Assembly (NCBI GenBank): GCA_028284865.1
Contig: JANQQV010000006.1
Location: 207,775-271,774, forward strand
DNA length: 64,000 nucleotides
Direction: 5' to 3'
Source of the DNA: Rhodothermales bacterium
Lineage (GTDB): Bacteria > Bacteroidota > Rhodothermia > Rhodothermales > UBA10348
Shown in pieces: positions 57,553-64,000 of this stretch. A program made the position numbers and the translations under genes. Every line of letters begins with the position of its first letter. Within the stretch, counting starts at the first letter, position 1. Under the pieces are notes generated by a model that saw nothing but the letters and a program-made list of their open reading frames with translations, made no database searches and had not been told where the DNA came from.

Positions 57553-59124
57553 TCAAGCTCCAGCGCGCGGGCGCAACGTCATCACCGGGAGAATCATTTC
57601 CTCCATCGAAATCCCGCCATGTTGCATGGTATCCCGGTACTTGTTCTGATACCGGTTGTAGTTGGTCGGGTAGACGAAGTAATAGTCTTCCTTGGCGATG
57701 ATGAAGTTGGTATTGCGGTGATCAGCAGGAAGTCCATATGTGGCTGGATCCTTGACGAACACAGCATGGCGCTCGTCGCACTTCAGGCTTTTGCCGTACT
57801 TGTACCGCAGCGCCGTGGACGTTTCGCGATCGCCGACTACCTTCGTGTCCTTCAGACTGCGGATGGCACCATGGTCGGTCGTGATGACGATCGTGCAATC
57901 GGTCTCCGCCAGCTGCTGCATGGCCTGGAACAGCCAGGAATGCTCGAACCAGGTTCGGGTCAATGCACGATAGGCCCGTTCGTCGGGAGCGATTTCTTTA
58001 AGCACGGCCGAATCCGAACGGCTGTGCGCCAGGATGTCCACGAAGTTGACGACCACTGCGCTCAGATCGCTCTGAAGCAGGTCATGGACCGAGGCCTGGA
58101 ATTCGCGTCCATCCTTCGTTCCAATCAGCTTGTCGTAGCGAACCCGCGCCGAGATATGTCGGCGTCCCAGCAAGTCATTGAGGAACTGCTCTTCGTTGCG
58201 GTTGCGACTGTGCTCATCGTCTTCGCCCTGTGCCCAGATGCGCGGATAACGCTCAGCCAGATCAGCCGGCAAGAGCCCCGAGAAGATGGAGTTTCTGGAA
58301 TAGGGCGTCGCCGTGGGCAGGATGGAGTAGTGGTAGTCCCGCTCTACGGTGAAAAGCGGAGCAAGCAAGCGTTCGAGCTCAAGCCACTGGTCCCAGCGCA
58401 TGCAGTCGATCACGAAGAAAATGACCGGCTTCTTCTGTTCCAGGGCAGGGATCACCCATCGCGGGATGACTTCATGCGAAAGCGCTGGTCGGTCTTCGTC
58501 AGGGGCACTGTCCACACGTGCGATCCAGTCGGGATACTCGGATTCGACGTATTTGCAGAAGGCGCGGTTCGCTTCTTGGGCCTGGTCTTCAAACACCTGC
58601 CGAACGCCTTCGTCCGAGTCCAGTCCCACGTCATACCGGATCAGTCTCTGATACAGCTCGACCCATTCACGGTGATCCATGGGGTTCATGAGCGAGGCCG
58701 TGATCTCGCCAAAGGACTGGAGGTAGTTCTCCGAGGCTTTCTCGGCTTCGATACGGCGCCCGTCCAAAATGCGCTTGCACGTGAGCAGCACCTGGCTTGG
58801 ATTGACGGGCTTGGTCAGGTAGTCGCTGATCTTCCCGCCAAGCGCTTCTTCCATGATGCGCTCTTCCTCGCTCTTGGTGATCATCACCACGGGGATTTCG
58901 GCGCTGAAATCCTTGATGGCTGTCAGCGTTTCTAGTCCGCCCATGCCGGGCATCTGTTCGTCCAGAAGAACCAGGTCACAAGCCCCGGCGCGGACCTGCT
59001 CCAGCGCGTCTGTTCCATTCGTCACACTCGTGACTTGATACCCACGCGATTCCAGGAAAAGGATGTGGGGCTTGAGCAGATCGATCTCGTCGTCGGCCCA
59101 GAGTATGCGGGAGTGTGTTGCCAT
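57553..59124 (-). CDS. porX: PorX-type response regulator: receiver domain fused to a PglZ/alkaline-phosphatase-like domain
   Basis: ORF 57553-59208. The receiver domain (ILWADDEIDLL...LVLLDEQMPGMGG) begins just after Met-29 (59124). The rest is PglZ-like (FFVIDCMRWDQW..., ITTDHG). Confidence 0.85.
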   Translation of the reverse strand: MATHSRILWADDEIDLLKPHILFLESRGYQVTSVTNGTDALEQVRAGACDLVLLDEQMPGMGGLETLTAIKDFSAEIPVVMITKSEEERIMEEALGGKISDYLTKPVNPSQVLLTCKRILDGRRIEAEKASENYLQSFGEITASLMNPMDHREWVELYQRLIRYDVGLDSDEGVRQVFEDQAQEANRAFCKYVESEYPDWIARVDSAPDEDRPALSHEVIPRWVIPALEQKKPVIFFVIDCMRWDQWLELERLLAPLFTVERDYHYSILPTATPYSRNSIFSGLLPADLAERYPRIWAQGEDDEHSRNRNEEQFLNDLLGRRHISARVRYDKLIGTKDGREFQASVHDLLQSDLSAVVVNFVDILAHSRSDSAVLKEIAPDERAYRALTRTWFEHSWLFQAMQQLAETDCTIVITTDHGAIRSLKDTKVVGDRETSTALRYKYGKSLKCDERHAVFVKDPATYGLPADHRNTNFIIAKEDYYFVYPTNYNRYQNKYRDTMQHGGISMEEMILPVMTLRPRAGA

Positions 59125-59356
59125 TCGATTCCGGATTTCGTCCTCAGGTTGGGAAGATGTGGTAGCGAGGGTCGGAATGTCGGATGGGCTGGTGGAAAGG
59201 AAGCCCATATACCGTTGCTTGGTGTGTTTTGTTCAAGTCGCGACGCAAGGGTTTGGCGTGAGGGTTATGCCTGAGTCATTCCGTTGCTGCAGACGGAACG
59301 ACTCATTGCGTCGTCGGGTAGTATCTGACCGTTTCATTTCACTCCACGCCGCTGCC

Positions 59357-59863
59357 ATGAAGTCTCGCACGCTCGACGCCGTCAACAATCAGATCCAGGC
59401 TGAATTCCAGTCCGCGTACATCTATTTGGCCATGTCGGCACGCTTTGAGGACATGAAGATGAGCGGCGCCGCGAACTGGATGCGGATCCAGTGGCAAGAA
59501 GAGACGGCGCATGCCATGAAGCTGTATGACCATCTCATTCGCCGCGGAGAATCGCCTGTTCTGCAGACGATCGACAAACCAGAAGTCTCTTTCGAGTCGG
59601 CTTTGGATGCGTTCGAGCGGGTCCTCGAACACGAGCGCCATGTAACGCACCTCATCCATTCGCTCTACGAAGTCGCCGTCGAAGAGAAGGACTACGCGCT
59701 GCAGACGCTGCTGCACTGGTTCATCGATGAACAGGTGGAAGAAGAGGAGAACGCCGAGGCGATCATCGACAGTCTTCGACTGGCTGGCGAGTCGGGTCAG
59801 GGCCTTTTCCTGGTCGACCGCGAGCTTGGTCAGCGTGCGCCCGAGGAAGAAGAGGACGAATAG
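59357..59863 (+). CDS. ftn: Non-haem ferritin
   Basis: ORF 59063-59863. The ferritin sequence starts at ATG 59357: MKSRTLDAVNNQIQAEFQSAYIYLAMSARF...EETAHAMKLYDH. Confidence 0.9.
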   Translation: MKSRTLDAVNNQIQAEFQSAYIYLAMSARFEDMKMSGAANWMRIQWQEETAHAMKLYDHLIRRGESPVLQTIDKPEVSFESALDAFERVLEHERHVTHLIHSLYEVAVEEKDYALQTLLHWFIDEQVEEEENAEAIIDSLRLAGESGQGLFLVDRELGQRAPEEEEDE

Positions 59864-59916
59864 TCCCTGAAAGCCGTTTATAGCCATTCTGATGATGGTT
59901 TGCCGAGCGATTAACT

Positions 59917-59946
59917 AAATGGTTGAAACAAATGGTTGAACCATTT
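59917..59946. promoter_or_regulatory. Candidate TetR operator: perfect 8-1-8 palindrome plus an upstream direct half-repeat
   Basis: AAATGGTTGAA (59917-59927) is repeated at 59930-59940. The second copy is part of the palindrome AAATGGTT-G-AACCATTT (59930-59946), about 40 nt upstream of the tetR start. Confidence 0.5.
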
Positions 59947-59985
59947 GGTAGAGGGGCGTGATCTGATTCTTTCGCCCCTCGCTCC

Positions 59986-60633
59986 ATGACGCCCCCTTCC
60001 GACCTGATTCCCTCATTCGATCTTGCCAGCGAGACCGAAAAGGCCATTTTTCAGGCCGCCCTGGAGGTGTTCTCGCGCAAAGGCAAAGACGGAGCGCGCA
60101 TGCAGGAGATCGCCGACCAAGCAGGCATCAACAAGGCCATGTTGCACTACTACTTTCGCAGCAAGGACCTCCTGTACACATCGGTCTTCGCCCACGTCAT
60201 GAGCAGTTTCTTCTCCAAGCTGGAGAGCGTCATGGCCAAGCCCGGACCCTTTCTAGACCGACTGGAGGAAATGGTCGGGGTCTACATCGACATGCATGCC
60301 GCCCAGCCTGAAGTGGCTCGACTCTGGGTTCAGGAGAATCTGAATGGCGCGCCTGTGGCGCGCCAGATTCTGCAGCAGGGATTGCAGACAGGTGCAGGTC
60401 CGGGACCGCACATTCTGCTGGAGCGAGTTCGAAAGGCTGTTGACGACGGGGAGCTCCAACCGGTAGAGCCCATCCAGCTGATGATCAGCATTCTCGGCAT
60501 GACCGTCATGTTCTTCATCAGTCAGCCAACCATGACCGCGTTGGATCCGGCCATCTCCGCGGATACAGCAGCCTTCCTGAATCGTCGCAAACAACACATC
60601 ATCCAGGTACTCAGACATGGGATCTCGCAGTAG
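59986..60633 (+). CDS. TetR/AcrR-family transcriptional regulator
   Basis: 215 aa. N-terminal HTH AALEVFSRKGKDGARMQEIADQAGINKAMLHYYFRSKDLLY. Confidence 0.9.
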   Translation: MTPPSDLIPSFDLASETEKAIFQAALEVFSRKGKDGARMQEIADQAGINKAMLHYYFRSKDLLYTSVFAHVMSSFFSKLESVMAKPGPFLDRLEEMVGVYIDMHAAQPEVARLWVQENLNGAPVARQILQQGLQTGAGPGPHILLERVRKAVDDGELQPVEPIQLMISILGMTVMFFISQPTMTALDPAISADTAAFLNRRKQHIIQVLRHGISQ

Positions 60634-60634
60634 C

Positions 60635-62149
60635 ATGGTTTCTCGTTCGCGGTGGATCGACATCGGGGCGATGGTCCTGGTGATGCTGGGACTTCAGGCG
60701 TGCAGCATGACGCCTTCCATCACCCATCCCGATACGGCCGAAACGCTGCCTGAGCAGTTCGATGGGAATCACATCGAGCCTGAAGGTGCATCGATGGGGG
60801 TAACCATTGTCGCCTCGGATGAAAGCGTGGCGCAGTGGTGGCAGGAATGGGGAGATGATCGATTGAATCGGTTGGTCGACTCCGTACTCGCGGCCAATCT
60901 CGACCTGCGCATGGCGGCCAGTCGTGTGCTGGAAGTGCAGGCCAACCACCGGATCACGCGCTCGGCGCAGCTTCCCGCTGTGCAAGCTTCGGTTGACGGA
61001 TCCCGGCAAAGCACACCGACAAATGCCGGCGCTACCGGAGGGTTTTCAAAATCCATCCCGGGCTTTCCCGAACGATTCGACGTGGAGACGTATTCGGCGT
61101 CGCTGGGTCTGGCCTGGGAGCTTGACTTCTGGGGCAAGGCACGCGCCGGATCACGCGCCGCACTGGCGCAGGTGTTGGCTACGGAAGCGGACTTCGAGGC
61201 CGCGCGGATAGGCATCATTTCCGAGACCATATCGGCCTGGTTCGAATTGATGGACCTCCAGGAGCAGACGGACCTGGCTGACGACCAGATCGACCTGCTC
61301 GAAGAGCGCCTTGAAGTGACGCGCGATCGGTACCGACGAGGACTGGTCACGTCCTTTGAATGGTATGCCTTGCAGCAGCAAGTCGACGAAGCGCGAGCCA
61401 CGCGTCCGTTGCTCGATGCGCAGATCGTGGCGGCGCGAGGTCGGTTGGCGGTCCTACTGGGAGGCACGGCGTCAACCGTAGCAGACTTCACGGGGCCGGA
61501 GGGCGCGCCGCTGGCCTCTGGAGCGCATATCCCCGATGAGCTGCCTTCCGAGCTGATCAAGGCCCGACCGGATGTCATGGCGGCAGCGGCGCGCCTGGAG
61601 GCCGCTCGTCAAGCCATCGGTGTACGCCGCGCCGAACAGTTTCCATCGTTCTCCCTGACGGCTTCAGGAGGTACGCAGAGTTCTCAGTTGGCTGACCTGG
61701 TCAACACATCGACCCAGCGATTCTGGTTGTTCGGTGGCGCCCTGACCGCGCCCGTTTTCGCCTCTGGTGCTCGCCGGGCTGCCGTTCGAGCAGCCTGGGC
61801 TCAGTACGAACAGGCTGCTGCTGCCTACGAAAAAACCGTTCTATCTGCCTTCCAGGATGTCTCGGCCTCGCTGGCTGTCTTTTCCGCAGAAGAGCAGCGC
61901 GTCCAGGCCGTCGTCAGCGCCTATCAGACAGCGCGTGCTTCGCATGTGACGGCACGTGACCGCTACCTGCGTGGCGTCGGCACCTATGTGATCCTGGTCG
62001 ATGCTCGACTCAATGAACTTCGAACCCGGAATGCACTCTCTTCCGCCATTCGATCGGCCGCGCTGGCCCGTCTGAATGTGTATCGCTCCATAGGAGGAGC
62101 CTGGGCCTCCAGCCCGGACACTCCCTCTTCCACCGCCATCAACTCCTGA
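60635..62149 (+). CDS. Efflux outer-membrane factor lipoprotein (NodT/TolC family)
   Basis: ORF 60617-62149. Lipobox MLGLQACS. Two tandem OEP repeats. The start could be 60617 or 60635. Confidence 0.88.
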   Translation: MVSRSRWIDIGAMVLVMLGLQACSMTPSITHPDTAETLPEQFDGNHIEPEGASMGVTIVASDESVAQWWQEWGDDRLNRLVDSVLAANLDLRMAASRVLEVQANHRITRSAQLPAVQASVDGSRQSTPTNAGATGGFSKSIPGFPERFDVETYSASLGLAWELDFWGKARAGSRAALAQVLATEADFEAARIGIISETISAWFELMDLQEQTDLADDQIDLLEERLEVTRDRYRRGLVTSFEWYALQQQVDEARATRPLLDAQIVAARGRLAVLLGGTASTVADFTGPEGAPLASGAHIPDELPSELIKARPDVMAAAARLEAARQAIGVRRAEQFPSFSLTASGGTQSSQLADLVNTSTQRFWLFGGALTAPVFASGARRAAVRAAWAQYEQAAAAYEKTVLSAFQDVSASLAVFSAEEQRVQAVVSAYQTARASHVTARDRYLRGVGTYVILVDARLNELRTRNALSSAIRSAALARLNVYRSIGGAWASSPDTPSSTAINS

Positions 62150-62154
62150 TCGAA

Positions 62155-63324
62155 ATGTCCCGATTCTCAAGATTCAAACCCTTCCTGATCGGTCTGGGCA
62201 TTCTGGCCATAGGCGTTGTCGGACTGATCATCCTGGTGTCGATGCGTCCCGAGCCTCCTCGTGAGGAACGGGTCACCCTGGCCCCGATTGTCCAGATAGA
62301 GCAATCACAGGCTGCCACGGGTCCGCTTATCGTTTCCGGATCAGGAAACGTCGCTTCTGATAGACAGGTGCTTCTGTCCGCCGAGGTTGCAGGCCGCATC
62401 GCTTGGGTATCGCCTCGATTTGTCACCGGAGGAACGTTTGCCGCGGGCGAAGTGATAGCCCGGATCGACAGCACGGATTACGCCAATGCCGTAGCCATGG
62501 CGCGGGCCGAGTGGACCGCCCGGAAAGTGGACGCACTGATGGCCCGAGAGGAATCAACCGTTGCCCGTGATGAATGGGCACGCCTGCGCGCTCGGGATGC
62601 GGATCTGGATCCACCTGAGGCCGGCGAGCTTGGCGTCATGCTCTTCAGGGAACCGCAAGTCCGCATGGCAGACGCCGCGGTGGAAGCGGCCAAAGCTCGA
62701 CTCGATGATGCACAGGCCCGGCTGGATCGCACAGCTATCCGTGCACCTTTCTCCGGTCAGATCCTCACGAAACAGGCTGAGTTGGGGCAAGTCATGGCTC
62801 CCGGGGTTGGGCTGGCAGCATTCCAGTCGACGGCAGCGGCAGAAGTCGCCGTCCCGCTTCGTCTGGACCAGATCAGCCTTCTGGAAGGAGTGGAGCGTCT
62901 TGGAAACGGACGCAGCCTGAACGCCACCATTCGTTCGGCTTCTCAGAACAGCGAGACGACCTGGGCTGCCCGCATCGTCCGCAGCGAAGGATCTCTCGAT
63001 CCGGCAACGCGCACGCTGCGCGTTGTAGCTCGAGTCGCCAATCCGATGGCTCTGGATCCCCCGCTTTTGATGGGCTCGTTTGTGACGGTTCATATCGAGG
63101 GCCAGTCTTTGGAAGGCACGACTCGGATTCCGCGCGAGGCCTTGCGTGATGATGACAAGGTCTGGGTCGTCCAGGATGATGTCTTGAGTATCCGCGACGT
63201 CCAGGTCCTGGCCGAAGACGAGGGAGTCGTCTATGTCTCGGAAGGGCTGACGCCCGGAGAGCATGTGGTGACATCCGCTCTGTCGGTCGTGACCGAAGGC
63301 ATGACCATCCGGCGACCTGAATAA
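62155..63324 (+). CDS. Efflux RND periplasmic adaptor (membrane fusion protein)
   Basis: 389 aa. N-terminal TM anchor, coiled-coil hairpin, and HlyD/AcrA-like barrel segments. Confidence 0.9.
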   Translation: MSRFSRFKPFLIGLGILAIGVVGLIILVSMRPEPPREERVTLAPIVQIEQSQAATGPLIVSGSGNVASDRQVLLSAEVAGRIAWVSPRFVTGGTFAAGEVIARIDSTDYANAVAMARAEWTARKVDALMAREESTVARDEWARLRARDADLDPPEAGELGVMLFREPQVRMADAAVEAAKARLDDAQARLDRTAIRAPFSGQILTKQAELGQVMAPGVGLAAFQSTAAAEVAVPLRLDQISLLEGVERLGNGRSLNATIRSASQNSETTWAARIVRSEGSLDPATRTLRVVARVANPMALDPPLLMGSFVTVHIEGQSLEGTTRIPREALRDDDKVWVVQDDVLSIRDVQVLAEDEGVVYVSEGLTPGEHVVTSALSVVTEGMTIRRPE

Positions 63325-63356
63325 GCCCACCCCAACCGATTATCGGAGCTGAACCT

Positions 63357-64000
63357 ATGAAAGGAGCCATTGCCTGGATGGCGCGCAACAGCGTCGCAGC
63401 CAATCTCTTGATGCTCTTCCTGGTCCTGGTGGGATTCGTCAGTGTCTCATCGATCGTGCAAGAGGTATTTCCCGAAGCCAGTCTCGACTCGATCCAGATC
63501 CAGGTGGCTTATCCCGGCGCTTCACCGGAGGAAGTGGAGGAGTCGATTGTCCAGAAGATTGAGGAGCAGATTGAAGCCGTGGACGGCATTCGCCGCATTG
63601 CCTCGGTCGCTGCAGAGAACGTTGGTGTCGTGACGGCGCAACTGCGCTTCGGCGAGAATGTGACCCGTGTGCTGGATGACATCAAATCCGAGGTCGACCG
63701 CATCACCACCTTCCCCGAGGATGCCGAAGAACCCGAGATCGGAGAAATCACCACGCGTCGCCAGGCCATTCAGCTTGCCATCCATGGGGACGTCCCCGAG
63801 CACAGTTTGAAAGAGCTGGCCAATCGCATGAAGGATGAGCTGACGGCGACCGAGGGTATCTCGTACGTCTCGGTTTCCGGCGTTCGGGCCTATGAAATCG
63901 CGATTGAAGTCAGCGAAGACGTGATGAGCGCCTACGGGCTTTCACTCGACGCAATCACGATGGCTGTCCGCCGGGGAAGCCTCGACCTTCCGGGTGGTTC
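63357..64000 (+). CDS. RND efflux permease (AcrB/CzcA superfamily), 5' part only, cut by the window edge; absent from the ORF track
   Basis: Reading from ATG 63357: MKGAIAWMARNSVAANLLMLFLVLVGFVSVSSIVQEVFPEASLDSIQIQVAYPGASPEEVEESIVQKIEEQ... This is the typical RND N-terminus. GGAG lies 9-10 nt upstream. Confidence 0.9.
   Translation, partial: MKGAIAWMARNSVAANLLMLFLVLVGFVSVSSIVQEVFPEASLDSIQIQVAYPGASPEEVEESIVQKIEEQIEAVDGIRRIASVAAENVGVVTAQLRFGENVTRVLDDIKSEVDRITTFPEDAEEPEIGEITTRRQAIQLAIHGDVPEHSLKELANRMKDELTATEGISYVSVSGVRAYEIAIEVSEDVMSAYGLSLDAITMAVRRGSLDLPGG

Noticed and set aside
57064-58935. 623-aa ORF on the plus strand spanning almost the whole porX/tsaE region
   Set aside because: It is exactly antisense to two genes with clear conserved motifs. 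Its composition (Arg/Val/Asp/Gly/His-rich, no motifs) is that of a GC-rich shadow frame.
57553-59208. PglZ domain as a marker of a BREX/Pgl phage-defence island
   Set aside because: It is fused to a receiver domain, flanked by housekeeping genes (tsaE, folC), and no other BREX components are present. The architecture fits PorX.
1-64000. Scan for CRISPR arrays, rRNA genes, transposases/integrases, prophage or toxin-antitoxin modules
   Set aside because: By eye I saw none: no repeat-spacer periodicity, no rRNA-like conserved blocks, no DDE or tyrosine-recombinase motifs, and only one tRNA. This visual scan cannot exclude small or degenerate elements.

Overview
GC-rich bacterial chromosomal segment, about 50 protein genes and one tRNA. 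It is most likely from the Bacteroidota/Rhodothermota (FCB) lineage. Lineage evidence: two proteins ending in T9SS type-A sorting domains, a PorX-type REC+PglZ regulator, a Rho factor with a very large charged N-terminal insertion, and a CarboxypepD_reg-type TonB-dependent receptor.

The core is housekeeping:
- dnaB, coaBC, gmk, yicC, tRNA-Ser, frr, pyrH, tsf, rpsB, rpsI and rplM, all on the minus strand.
- dnaN and dnaA, also on the minus strand.
- A 735-bp gene-free gap at 31220-31954.
- A 21-gene plus-strand run: yceD, rpmF, plsX, fabH, fabD, fabG, a DEAD-box helicase, then on through htpG and a TonB receptor to an MFS transporter.
- rho, folC, tsaE and porX on the minus strand.
- Ferritin and a TetR-controlled RND efflux operon, whose pump gene is cut by the right edge.

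Gene orientation flips at the dnaA upstream gap, so that gap is the best oriC candidate.

Two real genes are missing from the ORF track because they run off the window: a class-A beta-lactamase-like gene at 1-922 (-) and the RND pump at 63357-64000 (+).

I found no CRISPR array, rRNA, transposase, integrase or recognisable defence system.

The most unusual items are:
1. A ChaN/Tiki-fold periplasmic protein interrupted by a ~240-aa Met/His pentapeptide-repeat module with two CX8C cassettes, sitting in a cluster of exported lipoproteins and a ferritin-like protein.
2. A four-gene uncharacterised envelope module: beta-barrel OMP, large lipoprotein, divergent sigma factor and non-canonical anti-sigma.
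3. Several unexplained non-coding repeat or hairpin arrays, upstream of htpG, between the 6088-7035 lipoprotein gene and the TerC gene, and next to tRNA-Ser.

All functional calls rest on motif recognition by eye. No database search was possible.
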